64,000 bases of DNA from positions 4,128,001 to 4,192,000 of the forward strand of contig OZ245742.1 of NCBI GenBank assembly GCA_965227295.1, in the 5' to 3' direction. The notes under the pieces were generated by a model, which saw only the letters and a program-made list of their open reading frames with translations, made no database searches and had not been told where the DNA came from. A program made the translations under genes and the position numbers. Shown one piece after another: positions 11,337-20,648 of this stretch (within the stretch, counting starts at the first letter, position 1; each line of letters starts with the position of its first letter). This DNA comes from Leptonemataceae bacterium (lineage in GTDB: Bacteria > Spirochaetota > Leptospiria > Leptospirales > Leptonemataceae).

Positions 11337-12167
11337 TTAGTTGCAGCTGAAGCCGTTGACCGTGGTGGCCTTGCAGTCGTTCCATTCGCGCTTCGTGGCG
11401 TCGTTGATGGAAGAGCTGTCGTCACCGACGTGCGTGCGGTTGTAGGCCTTCTTACTGGAACTGTAGTTGTTGTTGTTATTGTACGAACCGTCCCAGATGT
11501 AGTGGTAGCTGTAACGGCTCTGCGTGCACGAGGTGTGCGAGCCGGTGCTGCTGTGACCGCAGGTGCTGTGCAGAGACACGGCGCCGTCGTCGTCGCCGGG
11601 CAGCAGCCAGCCTACGTACCACTGCGACTTGTAACCGGCGATGGCCCAGATGCCGACGCCTTTCGTGTCGTTGTGGTTGTAGGAGCCGCGGGCGTTGGCG
11701 GTCTTGAGCGCGTTGTCCATTCCACCGGAGCCGGCCCAGAACGCCAGGTTCGCGAGCTCGGAACCGCCGGCCGCGCTGGAAGAGGCCATAACGAAATCGA
11801 TGTTGTAGCTGCCCGATGCTTTATCGAGGAAGTACTCAACGGCATAACAACCGGCGCTGTGGCAGATCACCTTGCAGTTGTTCGAACCGGTGCAGCGCTG
11901 ATTAAAGACCGTGTTGATGTTCGACTGTGCGCGGCAGGAACCCCAGGAGCGCGGGTCGGTGGATCCGTCGTAGCCGACGAAGTACTTCGTGGTGGACGTG
12001 TTGATGTTTTTCGCGGCTCCCCAGTAGTTGCCGTTATCGCTGGTGCCGGTGCCGCAGTGGTTCGTGCCGGACCGGCCGTGCACGAAGATGGTGTAGTCGG
12101 CTGCGCTCAGGCCGGTGGTCATTCCGGCGACGAGCAGCGCCGCGAGTACGTAGACGCTTTGTTTCAT
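11337..12167 (-). CDS. secreted Cys-rich alpha/beta-hydrolase (lipase/esterase-like)
   Basis: Signal peptide ending LSA-A, FVHG oxyanion motif, CHSAG nucleophile elbow, GGSELA, DDGAV. ATG 12167 preferred. Confidence 0.75.
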   Translation of the reverse strand: MKQSVYVLAALLVAGMTTGLSAADYTIFVHGRSGTNHCGTGTSDNGNYWGAAKNINTSTTKYFVGYDGSTDPRSWGSCRAQSNINTVFNQRCTGSNNCKVICHSAGCYAVEYFLDKASGSYNIDFVMASSSAAGGSELANLAFWAGSGGMDNALKTANARGSYNHNDTKGVGIWAIAGYKSQWYVGWLLPGDDDGAVSLHSTCGHSSTGSHTSCTQSRYSYHYIWDGSYNNNNNYSSSKKAYNRTHVGDDSSSINDATKREWNDCKATTVNGFSCN

Positions 12168-12684
12168 GAACTTCTTTTCCTGTTGCACCGCCGTTGGCCG
12201 GCAGTGTCTTGATTTTTGCCGATTGTTTTGCAAGCGCTGTGCCCGGCTCGCGCAGCGGCGGGAAATTCGTGTGGGATGAGTACGCGTTCGCTATTGTTTG
12301 ATATCGAACTTTCTGCGAGATGATGAAAGCTCGCCGGCCGGGCGTCGCGTTTTGTGGCGGGCGGGCCTGGCTGAATGATAAGCCGCTCGTGCGTTTTGGT
12401 GCGCGAAAGTTAAGCCGGCGAATTTTTGGCGGCGGTTTTTCGAGCACTGCATGGTTTTCTGGCGGTTGGGAGGGGAGTCAGGTCAGATCGGATAGATTTG
12501 TTTTTAAGCATTTGGGTGGGTTGCGCGGATCGTGAATGGGCCGAGGGCTGGATGGGGTTAGGCGAAGTTCGGGTAAGGCGGTTTTCTGCTTGAATCTACG
12601 AATGCGTGGTTATGATGAAGGCGAGCGATTCGTACGTTATTCGATCAATAGACGTTATCCGAGAGCGCAACAGAAAGGAATACA

Positions 12685-13518
12685 ATGATTGTTCAGAATG
12701 GTGACGTTGCTATATTTACCGAGTCTTTCGGAAACAAAGGGAACGAGCCACTCATTCTCATTATGGGTGCTACAGCTTCTATGCTCTGGTGGGACGCTTC
12801 TTTTTGCTCCCGACTGGCCAGCAAAGGCTTTTTTGTCATTCGTTATGACAACAGAGATACAGGAAAGTCCACATCATACGCCCCAGGGTCGATTAACTAC
12901 GATATAATGGATTTGAAAGCTGATACGATGGCCATTCTTAAAGAATACAATATTAGCAAAGCTAATTTCGCCGGGATGTCTCTCGGAGGAATGATTGCCC
13001 AAATCATAGCAATTGAAAATCCAGAAGTGGTTAAATCGCTTATATTAATTTCTTCCAGCCCATTTGATGCCAATGAAGATCTCCCCGGAATAGACCAAAA
13101 AGTTTTAAATCATTTTGCCGGTTCTACATCGGTCAATTGGTCAGACAAAGAATCTGTAATCGAATATATGGCTATCGGTCTCAGAATTCAAACCGGAACG
13201 AGACATCCATTCAATGAAAAAAAAGCAAAAGAATTAATCTCTAATGACATTCAACGAACAGAAAATATCCTTTCAAGTTATAATCACACCCTGATGGGCG
13301 GAGGAGAAAGTTTATATGGAAAGTATAGTTCGATTAAGAAACCGATTCTTATAATTCATGGGACTCTGGATCCAGTATTACCTTTTCAGCATGCAGAAAG
13401 ATTAAACCAATTGGAAAACTCCGAATTGTTTCCGCTTGAGAATGCTGGCCACGAAATACATGAAGAAGATTGGAGCATGATCATAGCCAGAATGGAAGAG
13501 TTTATCAAAAACATCTGA
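12685..13518 (+). CDS. alpha/beta hydrolase, EstT/EstX/RdmC-like esterase; AT-rich, probably horizontally acquired
   Basis: TESFG, MGATASMLWW, VIRYDNRDTGKS, GMSLGG, IHGTLDP, AGHE. Visibly AT-rich against the flanks; RBS AAGGA. Confidence 0.85.
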   Translation: MIVQNGDVAIFTESFGNKGNEPLILIMGATASMLWWDASFCSRLASKGFFVIRYDNRDTGKSTSYAPGSINYDIMDLKADTMAILKEYNISKANFAGMSLGGMIAQIIAIENPEVVKSLILISSSPFDANEDLPGIDQKVLNHFAGSTSVNWSDKESVIEYMAIGLRIQTGTRHPFNEKKAKELISNDIQRTENILSSYNHTLMGGGESLYGKYSSIKKPILIIHGTLDPVLPFQHAERLNQLENSELFPLENAGHEIHEEDWSMIIARMEEFIKNI

Positions 13519-13570
13519 CTGTCCACCTCCGAATAACTGCATTTTTACTGCTGCGGCGGGCCACCCTGAC

Positions 13571-14173
13571 TTATCCTGGCTTATCCCCGTTTTCCGACAC
13601 ACCGAGCACAATACCACCCTCGACCGCAGCCGCAAGATCATCAAACACCCGCACCCCCGCCAACTCCGCACGCAATTCCTCATCATCCGCCGCCTTCTTC
13701 AACACACGCTCTCCCTTCCCCGTCCTGACCAACACGAACGCCACACCCGCCGCCCGCGCGGCCCGCAGATCACTCAAATTATCACCGATAAACACGGTCT
13801 TCTCCCGCGCCGCGCCGAATTCCCGCATCAACTCCAACAACATCCCCGGCCTGGGCTTCCGGCAATCACAACCGTCATCCGGATGATGCGGGCAGTACAC
13901 AATCTTATCAATCTTCGCCGCCGGATCCACGGCCGCCAGCTCTCGTGCTAACTTCGCATGCATGGCATCTAACGTCGCCACATCAAAATAACCCCGCGCC
14001 AACGAAGACTGGTTCGTCGCCACCGCCACGGTGATCCCGGCCGCCTTCAGTCTCGCAATGGCTTCCAGGCTCGCCGGGTATGGCCGAAATTCGTCGACGG
14101 ACTTGATATACGAGTCGGAGTCCTCATTGATCACCCCATCGCGGTCCAGGATGATAAGATCGTACGGCCGCAT
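13571..14173 (-). CDS. gmhB: D-glycero-D-manno-heptose 1,7-bisphosphate phosphatase
   Basis: LDRDGVIN, ATNQS, CPHHPDDGCDCRKP, IGDN, VRTGKG. Confidence 0.93.
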   Translation of the reverse strand: MRPYDLIILDRDGVINEDSDSYIKSVDEFRPYPASLEAIARLKAAGITVAVATNQSSLARGYFDVATLDAMHAKLARELAAVDPAAKIDKIVYCPHHPDDGCDCRKPRPGMLLELMREFGAAREKTVFIGDNLSDLRAARAAGVAFVLVRTGKGERVLKKAADDEELRAELAGVRVFDDLAAAVEGGIVLGVSENGDKPG

Positions 14174-14174
14174 C

Positions 14175-14951
14175 TTACGTCCGCACACCGACGCCGCGGC
14201 GCAACAACACCAGGTTCAACGTAAACATGCCCGCGGCAAACACGCCCGCGATGACGAAGGCGTGCAGCAACGGAATGTCCGACACGCCCAGGAAACCGAA
14301 ACGAAAGGCGTTGATCATATAGAGGATTGGATTCGCGAGCGAGATCGTATACCAGGGTTCGGGCAAAAGCTCCACCGAATAAAAGACGCCGCCCAGGTAC
14401 GTAAGCGGGGTCAGTACGAACGTGGGCACGATCGAAATATCGTCGAAACGCCTGGCGAACATGGCGTTCAGAAAACCCGCCTGGGAAAACAGGATCGACG
14501 TGAGCACCACGGTGCCGAGCAGCACCGGCACGCTGTGAATTTTCAGGTTGCTGAAGAACAGCGAGACGCCGAGGACCATGGTGCCCACCATGAGGCCGCG
14601 GACGATGCCGCCCACGGAAAAGCCGGCGATGATCACCGACGCCGGCACCGGGGCGACCAGGAGTTCTTCGACGCTCTTGTTGAAGCGTGCCCCGAAGAAC
14701 GACGACACGACGTTCGAATACGTATTGGTGATGACGGACATGAGAATCAGCCCCGGCACGATGAAGTCCATGTAATCGTAGCCGCCCATCTGGCCCACGC
14801 GGCTCCCCACCAGTTCGCCGAAGATCAAAAAATACAGCGACATGGTAATCACCGGCGGGATCAGCGTCTGGATCCAGATGCGCAGAATGCGGGTCACTTC
14901 TTTCGTGACGATGGTCTGGAAGGCGATGCGGGCGATGAAGGCCTGATTCAT
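14175..14951 (-). CDS. yadH: ABC-2 type transporter permease (YadH-like)
   Basis: RIWIQTLIPP, FIVPGLILMSVITN, LTPLTYLGGVFYS, NPILYMINAFR. ATG 14951. Confidence 0.9.
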   Translation of the reverse strand: MNQAFIARIAFQTIVTKEVTRILRIWIQTLIPPVITMSLYFLIFGELVGSRVGQMGGYDYMDFIVPGLILMSVITNTYSNVVSSFFGARFNKSVEELLVAPVPASVIIAGFSVGGIVRGLMVGTMVLGVSLFFSNLKIHSVPVLLGTVVLTSILFSQAGFLNAMFARRFDDISIVPTFVLTPLTYLGGVFYSVELLPEPWYTISLANPILYMINAFRFGFLGVSDIPLLHAFVIAGVFAAGMFTLNLVLLRRGVGVRT

Positions 14952-14955
14952 GGCG

Positions 14956-15906
14956 TTAACTTCTCTTCTCCGTAAGTTTAACGAAGAGTTCTTCCAGACG
15001 ATTGGCCTTGTTGCGCATGCTGGTAATGTGCAGGCCCACACGACTGAATTCGGCGAACAGATTGTTGATGTCCTTGCCGCGCTGAATGTCCACTTCCAGG
15101 GTCCGCGGGTCGGCCAGGCGCGCCGGGAATTCCGCACCGGCGTTGAGTCTTTCGATCCGCGCATCGTCGGCCCGGGTTTCCTCGCGCAGATCAAAAACGA
15201 ACGTCTCACTGTCGAGCTGGCTGATCAGTTCGCGGGTGGACGTGTTTTCGATGATCTCTCCGTGATCGATGATGGCGATATCACGACACAGCGACTCGGC
15301 TTCTTCTAAGTAGTGCGTCGTCAGGATGATCGTGGTGCCCTCCGCGTTCAGTGCGCGCAGAAAATCCCACATGGATCGCCGCAATTCGATGTCGACGCCG
15401 GCCGTGGGTTCGTCGAGAATCAGGAGCCGTGGTTCGTGGATCAACGCCCGGGCGATCATGAGCCGGCGCTTCATGCCGCCGGAGAGCCGACCGGCGCCCT
15501 CATCGCGTTTCTCCCACAGGCCGAGTTGTTTCAGATACTTTTCCGAACGTTCCAGGGCCTTCGAACGCGGCAGCCCGTAGTAACCGGCCTGGTTGACCAC
15601 GATCTGTTGCACCTTTTCGAAGATGTTGAAGTTGAATTCCTGCGGAACGACGCCGAGCTGGGTCTTCGCCTCGACCAGGTGCGTATCGATGTCGTAGTCG
15701 AAGACCTTAACTTTTCCCGAACTCTTGTTAACCAGCGAGGAAATGATGCCGATGATCGTCGTTTTGCCGGCACCGTTGGGGCCCAGCAGGCCGAAGAAGT
15801 CGCCCTCTTTCACCTCCAGGTCCACCCCCTTTAACGCCTCAACGGCGGCCCCCTCGCCTTTGCCCGGGTAGGTCTTCCGCAATGCCTGGATCGATAACGC
15901 TTTCAG
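14956..15906 (-). CDS. yadG: ABC transporter ATP-binding protein (YadG-like)
   Basis: GPNGAGKTT, LSGGMKRR, LDEPTAGVD, TTHYLEEA. Probable CTG start at 15906 with GGAGG 7 nt upstream; first canonical start is TTG 15882. Confidence 0.9.
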   Translation of the reverse strand: MKALSIQALRKTYPGKGEGAAVEALKGVDLEVKEGDFFGLLGPNGAGKTTIIGIISSLVNKSSGKVKVFDYDIDTHLVEAKTQLGVVPQEFNFNIFEKVQQIVVNQAGYYGLPRSKALERSEKYLKQLGLWEKRDEGAGRLSGGMKRRLMIARALIHEPRLLILDEPTAGVDIELRRSMWDFLRALNAEGTTIILTTHYLEEAESLCRDIAIIDHGEIIENTSTRELISQLDSETFVFDLREETRADDARIERLNAGAEFPARLADPRTLEVDIQRGKDINNLFAEFSRVGLHITSMRNKANRLEELFVKLTEKRS

Positions 15907-17213
15907 GAACTCGCCTCCGGAGCCGTACCGGCCTCGCCGCTTTCCTTTTCAATCGATGCCACCGCCGCGTTCGCCGCATCCTCGATGCGATCCGCCAATC
16001 CGCACAACTCCGCGACGCGCACGATCACCTGATCCACCAGGGCGTCCGGACAACTGGCCCCGGAGGTAACGACGATGTCCACCGGCGGCGCGCTGACTGC
16101 ATCGGCACGGGCGGCGGCGGGCAACCAATCCGTGGAGGTGATGACGCCCTGGTGCAAGTCCAGGTGGCGGATGGTTTCCGCGTCCAGGATTTCTTCGCGA
16201 TCCTTGATGTAGTAGGCGGGCATGCGTTGTTCGAGCAGTTCCACGAGATGCGAGGTGTTCGAGGAATTGTAACCACCGACGATCAACGCCAGGTCCCCGC
16301 CGGAATCCATGAGACCCAGCGTGGCGTTCTGATTCTCCTGGGTCGCGTAACACAACGTGTCCCGCGTATCGGCGAAGTGTTCGGCTAAGTTCTCGCCGCC
16401 GTAACGTGCAATGATCGCATCTTTAAGAAGATTGCTGATGGCCTGGGTTTCCTGAGCGAGCATGGTCGTTTGATTTACGACGCCGAAACGCGCCAGATGT
16501 TTCTCCGGAACAAAATCGTCGGAGTAGCGGCCGGCAAAGTAGTCGTCGAAGTTCGCAAAGTCCGTGAAGCCGTCTTCCGTGCCGTAAATGAATTTCGCGA
16601 GCGTGCGCGCCTCGTCCATGTCGCGAATGATCAAAGCCGGGGCGTCCTGGCGGGCGTGAGAGAACGTGGCGCGGGTTTCTTCGTGCGTATGCCGGCCGTG
16701 GATGATGATGGCGTAACCCTGGCGGCCCAACTGGGAACTGCGGTTCCAGACCTTTTCGACGAACGGGCAAGTGGTATTGTAGGTTTGCGGATCGATACCC
16801 AACTCGCGCAGGCGCCCGAAGATTTCGACGGTGGTACCGAAGGCCGGCACGATTACCACGTCCTGGGGCTGCAATTTTTCCAGCGGAAAGAGTTCGGTGC
16901 CGTCGGTCTTTTGTAAGAATTGTACGCCGCGCTCGGTAAGATCCGTGTTGACGTGGGGGTTATGGATCATTTCACTCAAAAGAAAGACGCGCTTGTCCGG
17001 GTTCTCGGCGATGGCCCGGTAGGCGATCTCGATGGCGTTCTCGACACCGTAGCAGAAGCCGAAGTGCCGCGCGAGTTTGAAACGCAGCCGGCCCAGATCC
17101 ACGACGGAAGGGGCCGTGTCTTTTTTGTAGCGATCCGCCTCCCGCCGCGCGCTCTTCACGCGCGAGATAATAGGCGAACGATAGAATAAAGGAATGTCAA
17201 AGTCCCGCGCCAT
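15903..17213 (-). CDS. ispH: 4-hydroxy-3-methylbut-2-enyl diphosphate reductase (long form)
   Basis: FGFCYGV, IHNP, TCPFV, HEET, NQTT, TLCYATQENQ, GGYNSSNT, TSGASCP. Confidence 0.95.
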   Translation of the reverse strand: MARDFDIPLFYRSPIISRVKSARREADRYKKDTAPSVVDLGRLRFKLARHFGFCYGVENAIEIAYRAIAENPDKRVFLLSEMIHNPHVNTDLTERGVQFLQKTDGTELFPLEKLQPQDVVIVPAFGTTVEIFGRLRELGIDPQTYNTTCPFVEKVWNRSSQLGRQGYAIIIHGRHTHEETRATFSHARQDAPALIIRDMDEARTLAKFIYGTEDGFTDFANFDDYFAGRYSDDFVPEKHLARFGVVNQTTMLAQETQAISNLLKDAIIARYGGENLAEHFADTRDTLCYATQENQNATLGLMDSGGDLALIVGGYNSSNTSHLVELLEQRMPAYYIKDREEILDAETIRHLDLHQGVITSTDWLPAAARADAVSAPPVDIVVTSGASCPDALVDQVIVRVAELCGLADRIEDAANAAVASIEKESGEAGTAPEASS

Positions 17214-17478
17214 AGCTTCCTCGCCAGTGTCGATCGGAGCCGTCGTCTGTCAACGTACGTGCATCGCACTGTTGCTGCTTCAAACGCACTGTTTGTTCAT
17301 CAACGCCGGCACACGTTCTCCGTCCACGTTTCTCTTCGCCGGCATCGGCGTGCTCATGCTCATCGCCGGGCTGCGCTTTGTGCTCCTGCGCATGCAGCGC
17401 CGCCCCGAGGACCGCCCGCCGGCCTGGCTGCGTTTCGCCGTCGGCGTATTCGCGGGCATCATCATCTTCGTGGCGTGA
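17194..17478 (+). CDS. small membrane protein (start uncertain)
   Basis: Two hydrophobic segments at the 3' end; directly upstream of the nfeD-like gene. The longest ORF overlaps the ispH start, so the true start is probably further downstream. Confidence 0.4.
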   Translation: MSKSRAIASSPVSIGAVVCQRTCIALLLLQTHCLFINAGTRSPSTFLFAGIGVLMLIAGLRFVLLRMQRRPEDRPPAWLRFAVGVFAGIIIFVA

Positions 17479-17496
17479 GTCTTTCTTTCTATAGTA

Positions 17497-17895
17497 ATGC
17501 GCACGCTGATCGTCTACTCACTCTTGCAAATTCCCGGGATCTCCGTGGTCGGCCTGATTGCGTACGCGGGCTGGCACTTCGGCTGGATTTCACCGATCGT
17601 TGCCGGCGTGATTATCGGCGCCTGGCTCCTCAAGGACGTGGTAATGTATCCCTTCGTGGCCCCGGCCTACGCTTCCATGCTCGCTTCCTCCGCCGCGCCC
17701 TCGGGGCCGGCGGCTTTGATCGGCCTGGCCGGGGAAACGGTGCAACCGGTGTCGGCCGACACACCTGGCTTTGTGCGGGTACGCGGGGAGCTCTGGCAGG
17801 CCCGCGCGAAAGCAGGCGCGGAGATTGAGAAAGGAACGCATGTGACCGTGGAAGCTGCGGAGGGACGGGTGTTGATTGTAAGTTTCACTGAGTAA
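17497..17895 (+). CDS. NfeD-like C-terminal OB-fold membrane protein
   Basis: Two TM helices, then LIGLAGE..GFVRVRGELWQA..GTHVTV..EGRVLIV. Confidence 0.85.
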   Translation: MRTLIVYSLLQIPGISVVGLIAYAGWHFGWISPIVAGVIIGAWLLKDVVMYPFVAPAYASMLASSAAPSGPAALIGLAGETVQPVSADTPGFVRVRGELWQARAKAGAEIEKGTHVTVEAAEGRVLIVSFTE

Positions 17896-17901
17896 TCATT
17901 T

Positions 17902-18017
17902 GGGCGCATCGCCGCTCGGCGGCGACCGGGCTTTCCAGGGCTCCGCTGTCGCTGCGGTCCTCCGCGCTTCGCGCTCCGGACTTGCGGCTTCGCCGCAACC
18001 CTTCCAATCCCTTGCGC
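17902..18017. repeat. multi-hairpin REP-like intergenic element between convergent genes
   Basis: Palindromes TCGCCG-CTCGG-CGGCGA, GCGC-TTC-GCGC and TGCGGC-TTC-GCCGCA (GAA triloops on the minus strand). Confidence 0.6.
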
Positions 18018-18025
18018 GAAGAAAC

Positions 18026-19249
18026 TTACCGATAGTCTTCCGCCGCGTCCAGGTCCACCCGCCGCGGCTCATCTTTGTGAATCAAGAACGGACGCACCTG
18101 TTCGATCCACTCCGCCTCCGCCGCGCGCATCTTTTCGCGCACGTCCGCGAAATTCACGCCGCCCGCTCCGTTCAGGTACGCTAACATCGTCTCATCGCCG
18201 GCTAAGATCTCGATGGCCGGGCGGTCCGAGCGAAACTCGTACTCCTCCGTGCGCCAGGCGAAGTCGGCCGGTCGTTCCTCGCGACACCAGCGCAGCAGCT
18301 TCAACGTATGCGCCAGGGAATGATAGTCCGCGCCGTCACGCACATGAATCTGAAAGCCCGCGCAGACTTCACCGCCCCACTTGTGAAACGTGGGAATAAA
18401 CCGCAACGGTCGCAACGTCGCGCCGGCCTGCACCGGCGCCGTTCCCGGATCCAGTCCGTCCAGATACGGTGCGCCGAAGATTTCGAACGGGCGGGTGTTG
18501 CCGCGGCCCTCGCTCAAATTCGTGCCTTCGAGCAAACACTGCCCGGAGTACACGAGCGGCGTAACCGGCGACGGCATGTTCGGCGACGGCGGAATCTCGA
18601 ATGCCGGCGCGCGGTTGTACTCGAACGACGGTTCGTACACGATCTCCAGATCGAAACTACCGTTTACCTGAGCGCGAAAAAATCGGCACAGCTCGCCGAT
18701 CGTCAATCCGTGGCGATGAATCATCCCCGGCCGGCCGACGAACGACTGGAACGCCTCCGGAAGCACCGTGCCCTCCACGAGTCGCCCGGCGGGATTCGGA
18801 CGTTCGATGACGATCACGGGCAGATCGATGCCGTGCTGTGCTAATGTATCAAAAACGTAACTTACGGTCGTGGCGAACGTATAGTAGCGCGCGCCGACGT
18901 CCTGGACGTCGACGATCAATGCATCCAGATCGCTCAGCATTGCGGGCGTGGCCGCGAGGCTCTGTTCGTTGCTGCCGTAGAGCGAAACGAACTCCGCCCC
19001 GGGCGCGGCGTTCCGATAAAACTCCGGCACCGCCTCCGGCCCGAGGTCGAGGGCGATCTGATCCTGCAATTCGGCGAAGAGGCCGTGCTCCGGTAAAAAC
19101 AGGCGCCGCAGAACGCCGGCCTCCGCCAGGATCTCAAACAGATAGCGACCGCGCGCGTACGAGTACGCAGTCTGATTGCACAACAGGCCACAGTTTCGAA
19201 ACGCAAAGGTTCCGCTTGAAAACTTTTCCAGAAAAATCTCTATGCTCAT
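18026..19249 (-). CDS. exo-beta-N-acetylmuramidase NamZ family (DUF1343)
   Basis: GLLCNQT, PEHG, SLYG, DVQDVGARYYTF, RPNP, RHGLTIGEL, PPSPNMP, EGTNLSEGRG.TRPFE. RBS AGGAG before ATG 19249. Confidence 0.9.
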   Translation of the reverse strand: MSIEIFLEKFSSGTFAFRNCGLLCNQTAYSYARGRYLFEILAEAGVLRRLFLPEHGLFAELQDQIALDLGPEAVPEFYRNAAPGAEFVSLYGSNEQSLAATPAMLSDLDALIVDVQDVGARYYTFATTVSYVFDTLAQHGIDLPVIVIERPNPAGRLVEGTVLPEAFQSFVGRPGMIHRHGLTIGELCRFFRAQVNGSFDLEIVYEPSFEYNRAPAFEIPPSPNMPSPVTPLVYSGQCLLEGTNLSEGRGNTRPFEIFGAPYLDGLDPGTAPVQAGATLRPLRFIPTFHKWGGEVCAGFQIHVRDGADYHSLAHTLKLLRWCREERPADFAWRTEEYEFRSDRPAIEILAGDETMLAYLNGAGGVNFADVREKMRAAEAEWIEQVRPFLIHKDEPRRVDLDAAEDYR

Positions 19250-19373
19250 GTTCGTCTCCTGACAGAATGACAGAGACACGTCGAATCGTCAGCCCTCTTT
19301 CAGTCGCTGGTCGTTTCCCCGGGTTTCGGCTACATTGAGTCGGGGCGCGAATCTTGCGTCTTCAGTAACGCCC

Positions 19374-20345
19374 ATGGGTCTCTTTCGCAACATACCACCC
19401 GTAACAAAGGCGATCCTCTACGCAAACATCGCCGCGTTCGTTTTGATCAACCTCATGCTGGCCGGCACCCCGGCTTCGCTGCAATCCATGTTCGAGGTCT
19501 TCGGCCTGGTGCCCGCCCTCTTCTGGAAGCAGGGTTACTTCTGGCAGCCGCTGACTTCCATGTTCATGCACGGTTCGTTCATTCACATCCTGGCGAACAT
19601 GATCGGCGTGTGGTCCATCGGCACCTTCCTCGAACGCAGCCTGGGCTCGGCGAAGTACGGCTGGTTGTATTTTATCAGCGGACTCACCGGCGCGCTCTTC
19701 GTCATCGGCGGGCAGTTCCTGGACGGAAGCTGGGCCGACGGCCGGCCGACGGTGGGTGCCTCGGGTGCGCTGCTCGGACTTCTGGGAGCGATTGCCGTGC
19801 TCACACCGAACTCGCGATTGTTGATCTTCATCTTTCCGGTGAAGGCACGCACCGCGGCCATCGGCATCGGTCTCATCTCGTTGTTTTTTTCGATTTACGA
19901 TACCGGCGGTATCATCTCGCACCTGGGTCACCTCGGCGGCCTGGTCGGCGGACTCATTTATACCTGGCTGGCCCTCGCCCCGGAACTCAAGCACGGTCGC
20001 ATGCACGATCGCATGGCGAGCGGCGGCGGATTCTTCGGGGGCGCGGGCGGGCCCTTCGGCGGCGAACCGAATTCCGGCGGACCGTTCGGCGGCGGCGGAC
20101 GTACTACCGCCCGCGACGAACAGGTGGCACGGTTAATGGAAGAGATGATGCGTCGCATGCAGGGCGGCAGCCCCGGACGTTCGCCGTACAGCAGCGGCGG
20201 ACGCGGCGAAAAAGTCATTAACCCACGCCCTGATGATGTTAGCGGCGAGCGTACGTACGATGAACCGCCGCGACCGAGCGGCGGCGGTCGTAAGATCGTG
20301 TACTACGATCCCGTGAGCGGCCGGTTCTACGTGAAAGAAGTTTGA
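19374..20345 (+). CDS. rhomboid family intramembrane serine protease with low-complexity C-terminal tail
   Basis: WQPLTSMFMHG, HILANM, VGASGA, SHLGHLGG. Confidence 0.92.
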   Translation: MGLFRNIPPVTKAILYANIAAFVLINLMLAGTPASLQSMFEVFGLVPALFWKQGYFWQPLTSMFMHGSFIHILANMIGVWSIGTFLERSLGSAKYGWLYFISGLTGALFVIGGQFLDGSWADGRPTVGASGALLGLLGAIAVLTPNSRLLIFIFPVKARTAAIGIGLISLFFSIYDTGGIISHLGHLGGLVGGLIYTWLALAPELKHGRMHDRMASGGGFFGGAGGPFGGEPNSGGPFGGGGRTTARDEQVARLMEEMMRRMQGGSPGRSPYSSGGRGEKVINPRPDDVSGERTYDEPPRPSGGGRKIVYYDPVSGRFYVKEV

Positions 20346-20348
20346 TCC

Positions 20349-20382
20349 AAAAAACACCGCGCCCGATCGCACCCGGGCGCGG
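20349..20382 (-). terminator. intrinsic terminator for the minus-strand small-gene pair
   Basis: 9-bp stem CCGCGCCCG/CGGGCGCGG followed on the minus strand by TGTTTTTT. Confidence 0.7.
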
Positions 20383-20438
20383 CAGCAAGTGGAAACACCG
20401 GCGCACAGTTGCCGGGAACCTGTTCGATCGAAAGTACC

Positions 20439-20648
20439 TCAGCCCCGGTCTTCCCAGGAGAGCGTGAGTTCACGATAACGCCTGCACGCCAGCATCATGG
20501 CACCGGCGAGATCGAAGAACGCCTCCGGGCTGATCTGCACGGTCACACCGCCGGTCGTAACGTAGACGGCCCCGCCGCGGTACTCAATGCGGCACTGATC
20601 TCCCACGGCCAGGGCGGCCCGTGCTCCTGAATTTTCCTGATACGCCAT
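20439..20648 (-). CDS. small hypothetical protein (69 aa), paralogue of upstream ORF
   Basis: ATG overlaps the upstream stop (TGATG). CRIEY..GAVYV...TVQISPEAFFDLA resembles the neighbouring ORF. Confidence 0.65.
   Translation of the reverse strand: MAYQENSGARAALAVGDQCRIEYRGGAVYVTTGGVTVQISPEAFFDLAGAMMLACRRYRELTLSWEDRG

Noticed and set aside
11460..11482. AAC/AAT triplet run
   Set aside because: Short poly-Asn coding tract within the hydrolase; in frame and unremarkable.
12513..12562. G-quadruplex-like G3 tracts
   Set aside because: One loop is long, and the tracts are explained by general G/T skew in this intergenic region.
12540..13570. Complete integron
   Set aside because: No integrase, attI or full attC stem is present; only cassette-like border motifs, which are reported as a finding.
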